From Candidatus Thorarchaeota archaeon (GTDB lineage: Archaea > Asgardarchaeota > Thorarchaeia > Thorarchaeales > Thorarchaeaceae): a stretch of DNA of 64,000 nucleotides. A program made the position numbers and the translations under genes. The notes under the pieces were generated by a model, which had not been told where the DNA came from, did no database searches, and saw only the letters and a list, made by a program, of their open reading frames with translations. The stretch spans positions 66,348 through 130,347 of the forward strand of contig DXJO01000018.1 in the NCBI GenBank assembly GCA_019057475.1, given 5' to 3'. This document shows positions 10,845-20,935 of this stretch, in pieces. The number at the start of each line of letters is the position of its first letter. Position 1 is the stretch's first letter.

Positions 10845-12151
10845 GCTCTGCCCTCCTCTATGAGTCTGTCAAGGTCAGCTGCCAGAGTTTCGGGACTTGT
10901 GTTGGTTCCCTTATTGGAATTTAGGTGCTGAGTCTCAGAACCGTCCAATGGAAACAGGACCATCCTTAGAGACTTGGATATGACCAGCAGAACCCAAGCA
11001 AGGCCGCCAGCTCTGACGACCTCGTTCTCAGGCGTGACCTCATAGATCCGATTGACGTGGGGCTCTGAAGAAAACTTGACGTTTAGTGCATAGAACGAAT
11101 CAGGATCATCTCCATTCATTCCAGCAATGTCATTGACTCGACAACTCTTCCAAGATGAAATATCGCAGTGTCCCTTGCCTGAGCTTGACCCGAGATACCA
11201 ATCACCGCGCCCATGTAGAGAACTATGCGTGAACTCTTCGACCACTCGGCCGATGTCCGAATTCGACAGTTGTCTTGTTCTGGTCCTTATGCGTTCGTTG
11301 AAGGTCACTATTAGCATCTCCGGGATAATGGCAGCTTCAACCATACAGAACAACAGGTCAGTCCTTCGCATCCTCGACTCCGGTGGAACTAAGTTCCAAC
11401 TCACGAGGTGCGCGTCACGTTCGGGAATCCCTTTTCTTATGCAGAGGTCATAGAACATCTGACGCAGACCCAACCATCCCGATGATACTTTGACAGCCTC
11501 TTCACCGGGCTCTGGTGGCAGACCGAACGGGGCCAGCTCCCTGAACGCCTGCTTAATCTCCTTATGATACCGCATGATTCGGCGCTGACTTGGCTTAAAG
11601 TGTACGATTCCTTTAGTCTCCACGGGGTTGCGCTTCCATAGTAAAACATCAGATTTACCATCATCAATCGGCGTCAGCAAGGCATCATCTACTTGAATCA
11701 CCACGAGGTCACTCCAGTCAATGAATTTGACAGACTCCTGAGTCGAGGCCTGTCTTGGCCGCTCACCTATCTCAAAGAGATGTCTTGCTACTTTCATCCC
11801 GATATACTCAGACAGAGCACTGACATCACCCCAGTCAACAGACATCCATCTGAGATTTGGTCGTGGTGACTTGGACTGACTTGACTCCATTGTGAAGTAG
11901 TACCCTACGTCAAACGCAACCTCGTCTTTGACCATATCTGACCAAGTACATATCTTCTTTGTCGCCTCGGTCACGACCTCTTGAACGCCGGGGCCAGTTG
12001 ACTTCACGAACTTGACCCAAGGACATCCTGCCTCTATCTTGAAATGTTTTGCATTCGGCCCGGTCACGAAAATCTTGCCTGATAGTGCATTTTTGTTATA
12101 ACCCCAATAGGGGAACTTCCATGTCCCTTCTACAAACCGCTCTGAGCTCAT
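10841..12151 (-). CDS. Hypothetical protein in the replication operon
   Basis: 436-aa ORF translationally coupled (ATGA overlaps) to its neighbours. Confidence 0.7.
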   Translation of the reverse strand: MSSERFVEGTWKFPYWGYNKNALSGKIFVTGPNAKHFKIEAGCPWVKFVKSTGPGVQEVVTEATKKICTWSDMVKDEVAFDVGYYFTMESSQSKSPRPNLRWMSVDWGDVSALSEYIGMKVARHLFEIGERPRQASTQESVKFIDWSDLVVIQVDDALLTPIDDGKSDVLLWKRNPVETKGIVHFKPSQRRIMRYHKEIKQAFRELAPFGLPPEPGEEAVKVSSGWLGLRQMFYDLCIRKGIPERDAHLVSWNLVPPESRMRRTDLLFCMVEAAIIPEMLIVTFNERIRTRTRQLSNSDIGRVVEEFTHSSLHGRGDWYLGSSSGKGHCDISSWKSCRVNDIAGMNGDDPDSFYALNVKFSSEPHVNRIYEVTPENEVVRAGGLAWVLLVISKSLRMVLFPLDGSETQHLNSNKGTNTSPETLAADLDRLIEEGRA

Positions 12152-12354
12152 AGTCCAGCCTCCTCTATCATCTTGATTGCTTCCGGAGTTAGGAATAATA
12201 GGTCGCCCTCACGGAGCACATATCCTTGGAACATCCCGTCGCTGAACTCAAGTAGTTCTTCGAGTCTGTCAAACAACTTCTCAAACAAGTCCCTCAGGTC
12301 GGGGTGTATCTTTGGGTCAACGACTCTGCGTATGGTTGTTATTGTATCACTCAT
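12148..12354 (-). CDS. Small hypothetical protein
   Basis: 68 aa, ATGA overlaps on both sides. Confidence 0.65.
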   Translation of the reverse strand: MSDTITTIRRVVDPKIHPDLRDLFEKLFDRLEELLEFSDGMFQGYVLREGDLLFLTPEAIKMIEEAGL

Positions 12355-14405
12355 CTGGCCGCCACCTCCTTGCCTTTAGTGGTCAGCACAATCCACATTG
12401 GATTGCCCCGTTCCACGACCCAGCCCTTCGACATGAATTCAATCTTCAACATACGGTCTTCGCCTGTGAGTCGTTTCACTTCTATTGCATCATCTAGACT
12501 CTCAGCATATCTGAACCAGAACTTAGCCAATCGGTGTGTTTTCTTCTCAGACTTCTGGTCAGTGAATCTATCCAGTTCTAGTGAAGCAGGTGAAACGACT
12601 GAAGCAGCCTCTTCGGAATCCTTTTCTTGGTGAGTCTTTTTATCCTCATTTTCACTCCCAGAACTACTCCGTGAAAAGGATTCCAGAACAGGTGCTTCAA
12701 CCGCTTCACCTGCTTCAGTTTTCACATCATATTCGTCTAATCTAGTCTGAGTATCATCATACTCATACTTGAATCTGATGTTATCTATATCAACGCCGAG
12801 TGCCCTGAGGCCTACAAGGTCTATATCCAGACCTGAGTACGCTCTGACCTGTTTCCCTCCCTCAATACGAGGCTGACTCTCATTAATGAATGGTGCATAT
12901 CTCTTGAGCTGTTTATGAAACCATGAGGTTGAGATGGGTTTCAAATCCTCAGCAACGCAGTACTTCAAATGCAAGTCGTACAATGAACTCTTCACGAATA
13001 GATCAGACTCGTGGTCCGGCATGATGAATTTCTCAACCATATACTGGACCGGGTTGCTCACTCGTAGATACTCAAGTCGCTCGACCTCCCAGCCTCTGTC
13101 ACCGGTCAGCTTACCGTTCTTCCTCAGTCTTGACCATCCATCAAGTGCCTGATTCAATATACCGCTTAGCTCTGTCGACGTTGTCAGTCGAGAGAGCAGC
13201 TTGTCACGCGGAACCGTGCCCTTCTCGCCCTTGAGAAAAGTATTTGGAAAGTTGAACACACGGAGTCTGCGCCACACGCCTGTAACGTCGTCATAAATTG
13301 GTGGTGGATTGTTGGATGAGAATATCAACACAGCTACGCTGTAGAAGCTAAAGCTCTCACGGAACTTATACTCCCCCTCTATGATACCTCCGCCTGTCAA
13401 ATCTTTGATTCTGTTAGTATGGATGATAGGGGTATTCGGAATCTCCCCGGCTATGTTCGCCAGTTTGCCACGGAGTCGACTTGACGCAAACCTGTTCTCA
13501 GCAAGTTGCTGAAGCGTCACGGCTGATACATTGGTCTTGCCCAAGAATGAGGTCATGACATCCAGCAGGACTGACTTACCGTTTGCTCCGGCCCCGACAA
13601 GAATGACCATCATATCGTACGGCCAGCCCTTCCACAGACAGTATCCAATCAACTCGAAAATCGATTGAATGTCTTGGTCGTTCTCCAATACCTCTGACAG
13701 GAACTGCTTGAACGCTGGACAGTCTGCATTTGGATCATAGTCAACTGGAATAGCTGCAATCTGATATTCCTCAGGGTCAAAACCCTTCAAATGTTTCTTG
13801 GTGGTGAGGTTCAGGCGACCGCCCTTGAGGACCAGAATTTCTGCTGGACCTCCAAGCTCAATGCTCTTGTCATACGAGAGGTTTTGAATCATATTGACAG
13901 TTTCGTTGCAGATATGCGACCTGTAGTCAGCATTTGTCATCTGGGTGACAATCCTGCGGATGAAGTCCTCACCGTCCTTTGTCCAGACCCCTATATCTGG
14001 GTCATACCGCCAGAGATGGAAATGTTTGCCCTGTGTGTGGAATCTTTGCTCACTCTGAAGCCACTCTGCTATCATTGACACCTTCCTAGGTGTGCCTTTC
14101 GTTTTCTGAATGGCAGTCGTAAGCTGTTCCAACGTCATACCAGTGACCTTGACTCTCTCATGCTCTGGTTCCTTCTTCTTGGTCTTGACCTTGCCCTTCA
14201 TCGATTTCTTCGGCGTTTTGGCTCTTGTCATTTCTAACACAAAGTCAACATGCATTTTCTTACAGGCACCTCTAACAAGATGATTCTGAATCTGAAGAAA
14301 ATGCTCTGCGTTAATCTCGGACTGAATCGGTTTTCTGTAACTCTCGATTGCGTCTATGATCTCACTCATGGAACACAACCATAATTCCGGGTCAAGTTCG
14401 TCCAA
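12351..14405 (-). CDS. P4/D5-family SF3 helicase (phage/plasmid primase-helicase C-terminal type)
   Basis: D5_N-like region (YDPNADCPAFKQFL), Walker A GAGANGKS, KLANIAGE, IKDLTGG, FSSN, WRRL. Confidence 0.9.
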   Translation of the reverse strand: MDELDPELWLCSMSEIIDAIESYRKPIQSEINAEHFLQIQNHLVRGACKKMHVDFVLEMTRAKTPKKSMKGKVKTKKKEPEHERVKVTGMTLEQLTTAIQKTKGTPRKVSMIAEWLQSEQRFHTQGKHFHLWRYDPDIGVWTKDGEDFIRRIVTQMTNADYRSHICNETVNMIQNLSYDKSIELGGPAEILVLKGGRLNLTTKKHLKGFDPEEYQIAAIPVDYDPNADCPAFKQFLSEVLENDQDIQSIFELIGYCLWKGWPYDMMVILVGAGANGKSVLLDVMTSFLGKTNVSAVTLQQLAENRFASSRLRGKLANIAGEIPNTPIIHTNRIKDLTGGGIIEGEYKFRESFSFYSVAVLIFSSNNPPPIYDDVTGVWRRLRVFNFPNTFLKGEKGTVPRDKLLSRLTTSTELSGILNQALDGWSRLRKNGKLTGDRGWEVERLEYLRVSNPVQYMVEKFIMPDHESDLFVKSSLYDLHLKYCVAEDLKPISTSWFHKQLKRYAPFINESQPRIEGGKQVRAYSGLDIDLVGLRALGVDIDNIRFKYEYDDTQTRLDEYDVKTEAGEAVEAPVLESFSRSSSGSENEDKKTHQEKDSEEAASVVSPASLELDRFTDQKSEKKTHRLAKFWFRYAESLDDAIEVKRLTGEDRMLKIEFMSKGWVVERGNPMWIVLTTKGKEVAAR

Positions 14406-14480
14406 CCACCTTACCTCCGTCGCTGTCTGTTTCTTCCTTATTCATTCTGATTACACTCCTAATAATGAGAAAAACAGTCA

Positions 14481-14540
14481 GACCCCCCATTGTCCGATTG
14501 CAAGGGTTAACCCTATCCCCGATTGCAATGGCTAATGGTC
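14481..14540. promoter_or_regulatory. Candidate origin/operator: direct repeats plus palindrome
   Basis: CCGATTGCAA at 14494 and 14519 flanking the palindrome AGGGTTAACCCT, upstream of the helicase. Confidence 0.4.
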
Positions 14541-15037
14541 ATTACAGCTTTTTGTGCTCTCTCGTTGCTTTCGCAACAACGATAATAACATCCATTTAAA
14601 AACTTTCCTTTTTCGACGCTGTTCAGGATTTTTCGTGACCCCATCAATCATGGCTCGCAGTCGATAAGGAGTTGGCCTTTATGCTGGTAAAATGGCGAGC
14701 CAGCCGAAAATAACCAAGGAGAATAGTCTGAATTCACCCAGCTCAAGTGACAGGAAATAACAACCAACTAACGATGGCCACTGAGTTTACACCAAGGTGT
14801 GGAATCCAGCTAGTCAGTCATGTGCACTTCTTTGTAGTACGGAGTCAGCCTAAGAATACCCCTAGAATGCAAGGCATTCGGCATATCTACTCCCAATCAA
14901 GTGTACTGAGAGCCATTAGATAGATACAGAGAGCCAGAGCTTAGAGGCACACGTGTTCAATGAACAGTGGCGAAGGTAGTGGCAATTCAGTTGGGATGGT
15001 CTGCATCAGTGCTCACCAGCAGTCTTCAATACTCCAA

Positions 15038-16147
15038 TCATTCCAATTTCCAGCTATAATCAACCATATCCAGTAGTTCAATCATATTTCCCATCCAAAC
15101 TACCAATGCAATTACCACTCGATCGACCATCCCTTTCGTTGCATATTTTATATCGGGTTCATGAATGGGTTTGTTTACAAGTTTCAGCAGAGTTGTTGTA
15201 TGAGAATCGAGGAAATCCAGTGTCTTACGGATTGCTTTTCGTTCTACTTCATATTTTCTACCGAACTTTTCTTGTGAACGCTGCTTTATCCACTTCAGAA
15301 TCTTATCCAACTTCGTTTTTACAGCGCTTTCACCTGGCATAGCTTCACTATCCGAAAGCATCGTAGATCTCAATACTTCCCCAGTGAACCTTCGGATGAT
15401 TGTTCTAACATTATCTAGAACCTGTTTCCACTCTAGAGGATCTTTTCCTCTTTCTTGTTTACTAACTGTTTCCTTTAGTAGTTCTATAAGAACAGGATTT
15501 AGATTTCCAAGTTTGATGGCAATCAGATTCTGGGTTTCATCAAAAATGCTTGCAAAAGCATTCCCAAATTGGAGCGCAACGAAATGCCAAGTAGCGAAGT
15601 CATGAACTTTGGCTCTAATGGAATAACTCATTCCTCTCATTTTCTCTACTGGAAGAATAGCTTCGAGTGACACTACCATATCTTGCTTTTCTCTGAAGTA
15701 TGATGAGGAATCACTTTCATTTTCAACTACTTTCGAGAAAACTAGCTTCTTGGGTTGATTAGCCGTTTCAAGTTCCATACAAGGATAGGTAATCAAGAAG
15801 GGAGTTGGCAAAGGTGCTGCTGAGAGTTGTAGTTGTAGCATTGTATGGGGGTATCTTGGATCTGCAAATGGCGGCCTGGGCGATTTGGCTGGTAGAATCA
15901 CATGTCGATACGCTGGAACTCTGAATTTCTTATTTAGCTTCATTTCTTCCTCTATTGGGATTTTTGGGTATCCAACTAGCTCAAGATTTATCCACAGAGT
16001 TTCAGACTCATCCAAGTCTAGTAATTTTGATGCTTTCTGACACCTGTACAGAAGCGCGGTTGTTGTGACATTGGAATCTTCAATATCATTGAGTATTGAT
16101 TCGAGTATTTCTAAAGCCTTCTCTTTTCTTGATGAGATGTCAATCAA
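15038..16147 (-). CDS. AbiTii-like domain protein
   Basis: N-terminal pattern ALEILESILNDIE...LLYRCQKASKLL...WINLELVGY...YR. Confidence 0.65.
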   Translation of the reverse strand: MIDISSRKEKALEILESILNDIEDSNVTTTALLYRCQKASKLLDLDESETLWINLELVGYPKIPIEEEMKLNKKFRVPAYRHVILPAKSPRPPFADPRYPHTMLQLQLSAAPLPTPFLITYPCMELETANQPKKLVFSKVVENESDSSSYFREKQDMVVSLEAILPVEKMRGMSYSIRAKVHDFATWHFVALQFGNAFASIFDETQNLIAIKLGNLNPVLIELLKETVSKQERGKDPLEWKQVLDNVRTIIRRFTGEVLRSTMLSDSEAMPGESAVKTKLDKILKWIKQRSQEKFGRKYEVERKAIRKTLDFLDSHTTTLLKLVNKPIHEPDIKYATKGMVDRVVIALVVWMGNMIELLDMVDYSWKLE

Positions 16148-16353
16148 CTCCGTTGATCTTTATAGATTCAATACATGATTTCAACTAGTTTTCTATAAAA
16201 GGTTACAACATTATGTATCGTCATGGAACGGGAGATATTTGGTCCTGAGTTCCTTCCTTACCGTCAAGAGAAGCAGAAGTAGTTCTAACTTCATTTCGAG
16301 AGAGGCCAGTCCTCTCTCCATCTCTCTTTTTCCCACCCACCCCAGTACTAATC

Positions 16354-16998
16354 TCATTGCTTCTCGAAGATCTGCTTCGGCGTGTATGATTGTGGATGAT
16401 ACAGTGGATGTGCAATGCATGTAGTTATGCCTTCTAGCAACTTCTGTTGATTCCATGATGGTTGTTGTGCACCTTTCGTTATTGGCATCCACATGAGGTA
16501 GATATTGAAAGCACTATCTCTATGCTTGGTCTTATGTGTAACACTTATTGATTCCAATGCTTTGAACCCAGGTTTTTCCATTTGCTCTTTTCTAAACCAT
16601 GGACTCCAATGTTCTGTCAAAGCTATAGTAGCGAAACCATTAGCTTCTCTTTCGCTTTCTATCATATCCTTTACAAGCATTCTCCCAAAATCGTGTCCTT
16701 TTGCTTTTCTTAACACCCAGATGCAATTCATCACGATTACACCGTCACCAACTATGGGATAATAGGAAACTTCTGAAGGTGAATACTCGATCGTCCCAAT
16801 GACGTTTCCCTCGAAAATGAGAATCTTTTTGTGGAATCCTTTCGGGATTGCTCTTTCCAAGTATGATGTCCTTTTCTTGTAGCGTTTAGATGGCGGACCC
16901 GTCAGACATCTGTGAAGATATATCTCGTACTTACTGCTTTCTGTAATGTCAACGATTCTAGCCTTAGAGGAAAACTGCATGTGTAACATTCTTTCCAT
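16354..16998 (-). CDS. GNAT acetyltransferase (YoaP-like)
   Basis: GTIEYSP, MNCIWV, KGHDFGRMLV. Confidence 0.8.
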   Translation of the reverse strand: MERMLHMQFSSKARIVDITESSKYEIYLHRCLTGPPSKRYKKRTSYLERAIPKGFHKKILIFEGNVIGTIEYSPSEVSYYPIVGDGVIVMNCIWVLRKAKGHDFGRMLVKDMIESEREANGFATIALTEHWSPWFRKEQMEKPGFKALESISVTHKTKHRDSAFNIYLMWMPITKGAQQPSWNQQKLLEGITTCIAHPLYHPQSYTPKQIFEKQ

Positions 16999-17041
16999 TC
17001 CCGATATGTACCTTGCTCAGGATGATCATGTATCTTCGAGG

Positions 17042-17129
17042 TACTAACTAAATTCTATTCATGACACGCGAAACATTTGGGCCAGAGTATCTGGCCCAAA
17101 GTTTAGTTAGTAGTGTGTTCAGACATGAA
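17042..17129. repeat. Nested inverted repeats (hairpin)
   Basis: TTTGGGCCAGA-gta-TCTGGCCCAAA nested inside TACTAACTAAA/TTTAGTTAGTA. Confidence 0.75.
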
Positions 17130-17149
17130 TGTCATGCTGAACGATGTCA

Positions 17150-17887
17150 CTACTTCAAACTACGTTTCAGCACCCGCTCACAGGCCGCTAGCATGAGAAA
17201 CAAGAACACGACCATCGCTCCGACATTGGCCAGGGGACCCAGCAGTCCGGATGCTTCAGTAGTAGCCATTCTCAATGCGTTCACTGAGTATGTCAGAGGC
17301 AAGAAATGCGCGACGACTTGGAGGACCAACGGCATGGCTTCAATAGGAATGAAAACTCCGCAGAGAAATATCATAGGAAACCGGAAGAAGTTCGAGAGAG
17401 TCTGAGCCTCGAAAACCTCTGTTACCGATACTGCTACCAAAGCGCCAAGCGCCGATAGTGTCAGGAGGGTTAGAATAAGCGTACCTAAGAACAGTAAGGG
17501 GTCGACAATCTCCATCCCGAACATGGTAGTCGTAATGAGCACCATTACTCCTGAGATCATTCCCCCAAAGATTGTTCCGCCCAAAATCTTTCCTGCCAGA
17601 AGTGACCTGATCGATATCGGAGCCATCAGGAGGCGTTCAAAAGCACCATTGCGCCTCTCGAAAGTTATGACTATTGCTTCCATGCTTGTTGTGCCAAAGA
17701 CGGCAGCCATTGCGATGAGACCAGGGGCGAGTTCAACAAGCCCTGTTGGGTTTCTAAGCAAGAACGCAAGAGTGAGAACGAGTGGGAAGAGGATGCCCCA
17801 GCTGATGTTAGGCGGCTTGAAATAGTATGCTTGCAGGTCCTTCCTGAGGATGTAATAGATCCCACTGAGCTCATTCCTCAGACTCAT
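17150..17887 (-). CDS. ABC-2 type exporter permease
   Basis: ERRNGAFERLLMAP, FLCGVFIP, LPLTY; about six TM segments. Confidence 0.9.
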   Translation of the reverse strand: MSLRNELSGIYYILRKDLQAYYFKPPNISWGILFPLVLTLAFLLRNPTGLVELAPGLIAMAAVFGTTSMEAIVITFERRNGAFERLLMAPISIRSLLAGKILGGTIFGGMISGVMVLITTTMFGMEIVDPLLFLGTLILTLLTLSALGALVAVSVTEVFEAQTLSNFFRFPMIFLCGVFIPIEAMPLVLQVVAHFLPLTYSVNALRMATTEASGLLGPLANVGAMVVFLFLMLAACERVLKRSLK

Positions 17888-18849
17888 TCTCGAGATCCCC
17901 CCTTTTCTGCTCGCATTCTATCTGGCGACATTCCTGTCAGCTCCATGAAGACCTCCTCAAGCGTCGGTCGTCCTGTCTCCAGTGCTTCCACAGATACCCC
18001 CTCACTAGATGTGAGGTTGATCAGGGCACTCAGGGACTCGCCAGGGTTTTCAACACGTAGGTGTATGAACCGGCCCTCATGTTCTAGCTGTCCAATCTTA
18101 TTCAGCCCGTGAAGCAGTGGTCCGTCTGGCACACGAGAAAGCTCAGCCCGAATGATCGGCTGGGCGCGTACTCGTTTCTTGATATCCTCAGGTGTGTCTA
18201 GTACTACAATCCTCCCCTGCACGATTATGGCAATCCTATCACAAAGACGGTCAGCCTCCTCAATATAGTGCGTTGTCAGGAAGACCGTTGTATCGTGAGT
18301 GCCTAGTCGCTCGATGTACTCTCTCAGGGAGTGAGCACTCACAACGTCGAGTCCGACGGTTGGCTCATCTAAAAAGAGAATCTCTGGGGAGTGGACTAGC
18401 GAGGCAGCTATCACTGCTCGCCGTTTTAAGCCCTTTGAGAGCTTGCCGAACTTCGTTCCCTTCCTGGACATCAGGTCAAAGGAGTGGAGGACTTCTTCAA
18501 TCCGGTTGGCACGCTCATGTCTTGAGACATGATAGAGTTGGGACATGAAGAGCAGATTATCCCATACGGAAAGCTCGTCGTACAAGTTTGAAACCTCGGG
18601 CACCAGACCAACACGGCGCTTGACCTCCACGATGTCATCCGTGATGCTGTAGCCTGCTACTGTTGCGGTGCCATTGCTGGGTCTGGAGAGGCCAACAAGC
18701 ATCCTAATAGTAGTCGTCTTCCCAGCCCCATTTGGCCCGAGAAATCCAAAGACCTCCCCCTTGTTGACTTCGAATGAAATGCCATCAACCGCTAGAAAAT
18801 CATCGTAGTACTTGGTAAGCCCGTTAATCTTAATGGCTGGCATATTCAT
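17884..18849 (-). CDS. ABC-2 type exporter ATP-binding subunit
   Basis: GPNGAGKTT, LSKG signature, LFLDEPT, TTHY. Confidence 0.93.
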   Translation of the reverse strand: MNMPAIKINGLTKYYDDFLAVDGISFEVNKGEVFGFLGPNGAGKTTTIRMLVGLSRPSNGTATVAGYSITDDIVEVKRRVGLVPEVSNLYDELSVWDNLLFMSQLYHVSRHERANRIEEVLHSFDLMSRKGTKFGKLSKGLKRRAVIAASLVHSPEILFLDEPTVGLDVVSAHSLREYIERLGTHDTTVFLTTHYIEEADRLCDRIAIIVQGRIVVLDTPEDIKKRVRAQPIIRAELSRVPDGPLLHGLNKIGQLEHEGRFIHLRVENPGESLSALINLTSSEGVSVEALETGRPTLEEVFMELTGMSPDRMRAEKGGSRE

Positions 18850-19295
18850 CTCAACTCCTTCAGGCAGTGTCAGATTGGGTGTGCTGCTTAAAACAAATTC
18901 CAATAGTACAAGAAAGGATACTGGCACCACCTAAACGCAGGCTCGCTCTCAGCCAGGAAAGCTAAGGAGTCCATTCTCTCTGATTAAGCTTGGCACCTAA
19001 TAATCTAAGCTCAATGGTGAGATATCATATCTCGTGCTCATGGCCTGAGAACCTGCCGTACAGGCAAGAGAAGCAAATGTAGAACCAATCCTCAAATTGA
19101 GAGATGCTCGTCCTCCATTATCTGCAAAGTCAACTTGGAGACAAAGCTCAATTGATGGTTTGTGTTTAGTCTTGGTGTTGCATTCGTCTGTTTCAAGACG
19201 AGTCCATGAGCGCGACAAATGTAGGGGACTATCGGGGATCTAGCTCAAGACCGATAGTAGAGTGTTGTTCGAGATGTGTATCAGAAGGGATTATC

Positions 19296-19778
19296 ATGAC
19301 CAATGATGAAGCTTCACCAACTCTAGTGCCAACCTCTGGTGTTCGATTCCAAGATCAAATAAGAGTCGTCAGGGCTTATGTTGTACTGAGCAACAATGGA
19401 AATGAACCTGTTCATCTCAAAGAGGTTAAGGGGATAACGAGATTGGCACGGTCCCAAATCTCTGGTCTCAATTCATTCATGGTCATGCTTGGTTTATTAG
19501 AGCATGTGAGTAGAGGACACTACAAGCCAACTACGGCTTCAGTGAACTTATGCAGCAGTGACCCTGGCGAGGAGGATTTCGGTCAAATCACAACAGTCCT
19601 TGAGAGATCGGCCCTTTTTTCATTTGTTGAGCAGTACTTGAGAGTCCATGGTGGCGGGTCATGTCAAGGACTGATTGAGTACATTATGGAGAAAGCAGGA
19701 ACAGAGGAAACATATCGAGTACAGAGCGCAGTGGAATGGCTTATCAGATCCGGGTTGGTTGAACGGGGCCAAGACTAG
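19296..19778 (+). CDS. Winged-helix-like protein, paralog of the N-terminus of 19928..20920
   Basis: Shares LVPTSGV, RAYVVLSN, QISGLNSF, RG.YKPT and A.EWL with the convergent gene. Confidence 0.75.
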   Translation: MTNDEASPTLVPTSGVRFQDQIRVVRAYVVLSNNGNEPVHLKEVKGITRLARSQISGLNSFMVMLGLLEHVSRGHYKPTTASVNLCSSDPGEEDFGQITTVLERSALFSFVEQYLRVHGGGSCQGLIEYIMEKAGTEETYRVQSAVEWLIRSGLVERGQD

Positions 19779-19846
19779 GACTTCAGAATGGAGGATTGCT
19801 AATCCCGTAGACCTTTCATCGAACTATCTATCCCTCGTACTTTGAG

Positions 19847-19894
19847 GGCCAATCACTCTTGGTATAGTTGAACTATACGTCTAGAGAAGCTGAT
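19847..19894 (+). repeat. Direct repeat copy 1 with palindrome GTATAGTT-N-AACTATAC
   Basis: Matches 22019-22066. Confidence 0.8.
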
Positions 19895-19927
19895 AGAACC
19901 CTTTGGATTAGACGGAGGTCTGATTCT

Positions 19928-20920
19928 CTATTTCTCATCCTTCTTTGCTTGCTTCAATATCATGTTCCAGTCGTCTAACAAATCAAGAGCAGAGTCCCAC
20001 CATTCATCAAAAGGAGGGTGATACTCAGTATCCTTTATTTCCGCATACTGTCCTATCAGAATCGTGTCTACGGAGGGTAGGTTCCAACAAGCATCCTTGG
20101 TGATAATCCAACGGTCATGAATGCTTCCAAGAATCTCTTTGTTCACAATCACCCTTAGCGAAGTGGATTTCCCCAAAGCGTCCAATTCGGATGCAAAGCG
20201 ACTGAAGTCTTTGCGAAAGCGTTCGTTTATCTTATCACCCATGCCAGTTAGAATCTTTATCATCGAAACCGAGCTCTCTTTCATTGAGTCAATTGTGTAC
20301 TCCAGTCCTGAAATGCTGAAGTACTTGTCAAACCAGTAAACATAGTCCTGACATCTGAGAATGATACTTCGTAACTGTATCACATTGCTGAACGGACGAC
20401 CGGGACTTATTGCAGTGTCTTCCAGTTTGTGATGTCGTTTTGGTTGGGATTTGATGCTTAATGTGTTGGATAGCGTCAGCCATTCCAATGCTCTTTCAGC
20501 TCTTGAGGATACACTCGTATGCGTCTTTCTGAGAAGAAAATCCACTAGCTCTTCCCAAGTCTGTTCACCATGGATTAGTACGTGATTCCGTATTGCAGCA
20601 TTGAGTAGTGAGTTCTCTATCGCGGGCTGAAGCTCCTCAAAATGCTCTTGACCAAGCAAAGGATCAAAGAACCTCACGGCGACCTCAGTTGGCTTGTAGT
20701 TCCCTCTCTCCTGTAGTTCAAGAAAATTGAGTGTGGTGAAGAAGGAATTAAGGCCTGAGATTTGTGTTCTCGATAGTCCAGTTTCCTCCATTACTCTCTT
20801 ATAATGCACAGGCACGTTGCCGAAATTGCTCAACACGACATAAGCGCGTAGAACCAGCACTTGGTCTCTAAAAGCAACTCCAGAGGTTGGTACAAGAGCA
20901 GATTCAGAGTCCTCCCCCAA
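19928..20920 (-). CDS. wHTH-like domain fused to a PLD-like (HDR motif) domain
   Basis: C-terminal YWFDKYF...IKILT...IHDRWII pattern. Confidence 0.7.
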   Translation of the reverse strand: MGEDSESALVPTSGVAFRDQVLVLRAYVVLSNFGNVPVHYKRVMEETGLSRTQISGLNSFFTTLNFLELQERGNYKPTEVAVRFFDPLLGQEHFEELQPAIENSLLNAAIRNHVLIHGEQTWEELVDFLLRKTHTSVSSRAERALEWLTLSNTLSIKSQPKRHHKLEDTAISPGRPFSNVIQLRSIILRCQDYVYWFDKYFSISGLEYTIDSMKESSVSMIKILTGMGDKINERFRKDFSRFASELDALGKSTSLRVIVNKEILGSIHDRWIITKDACWNLPSVDTILIGQYAEIKDTEYHPPFDEWWDSALDLLDDWNMILKQAKKDEK

Positions 20921-20935
20921 TCTAGTCTACCTCTC

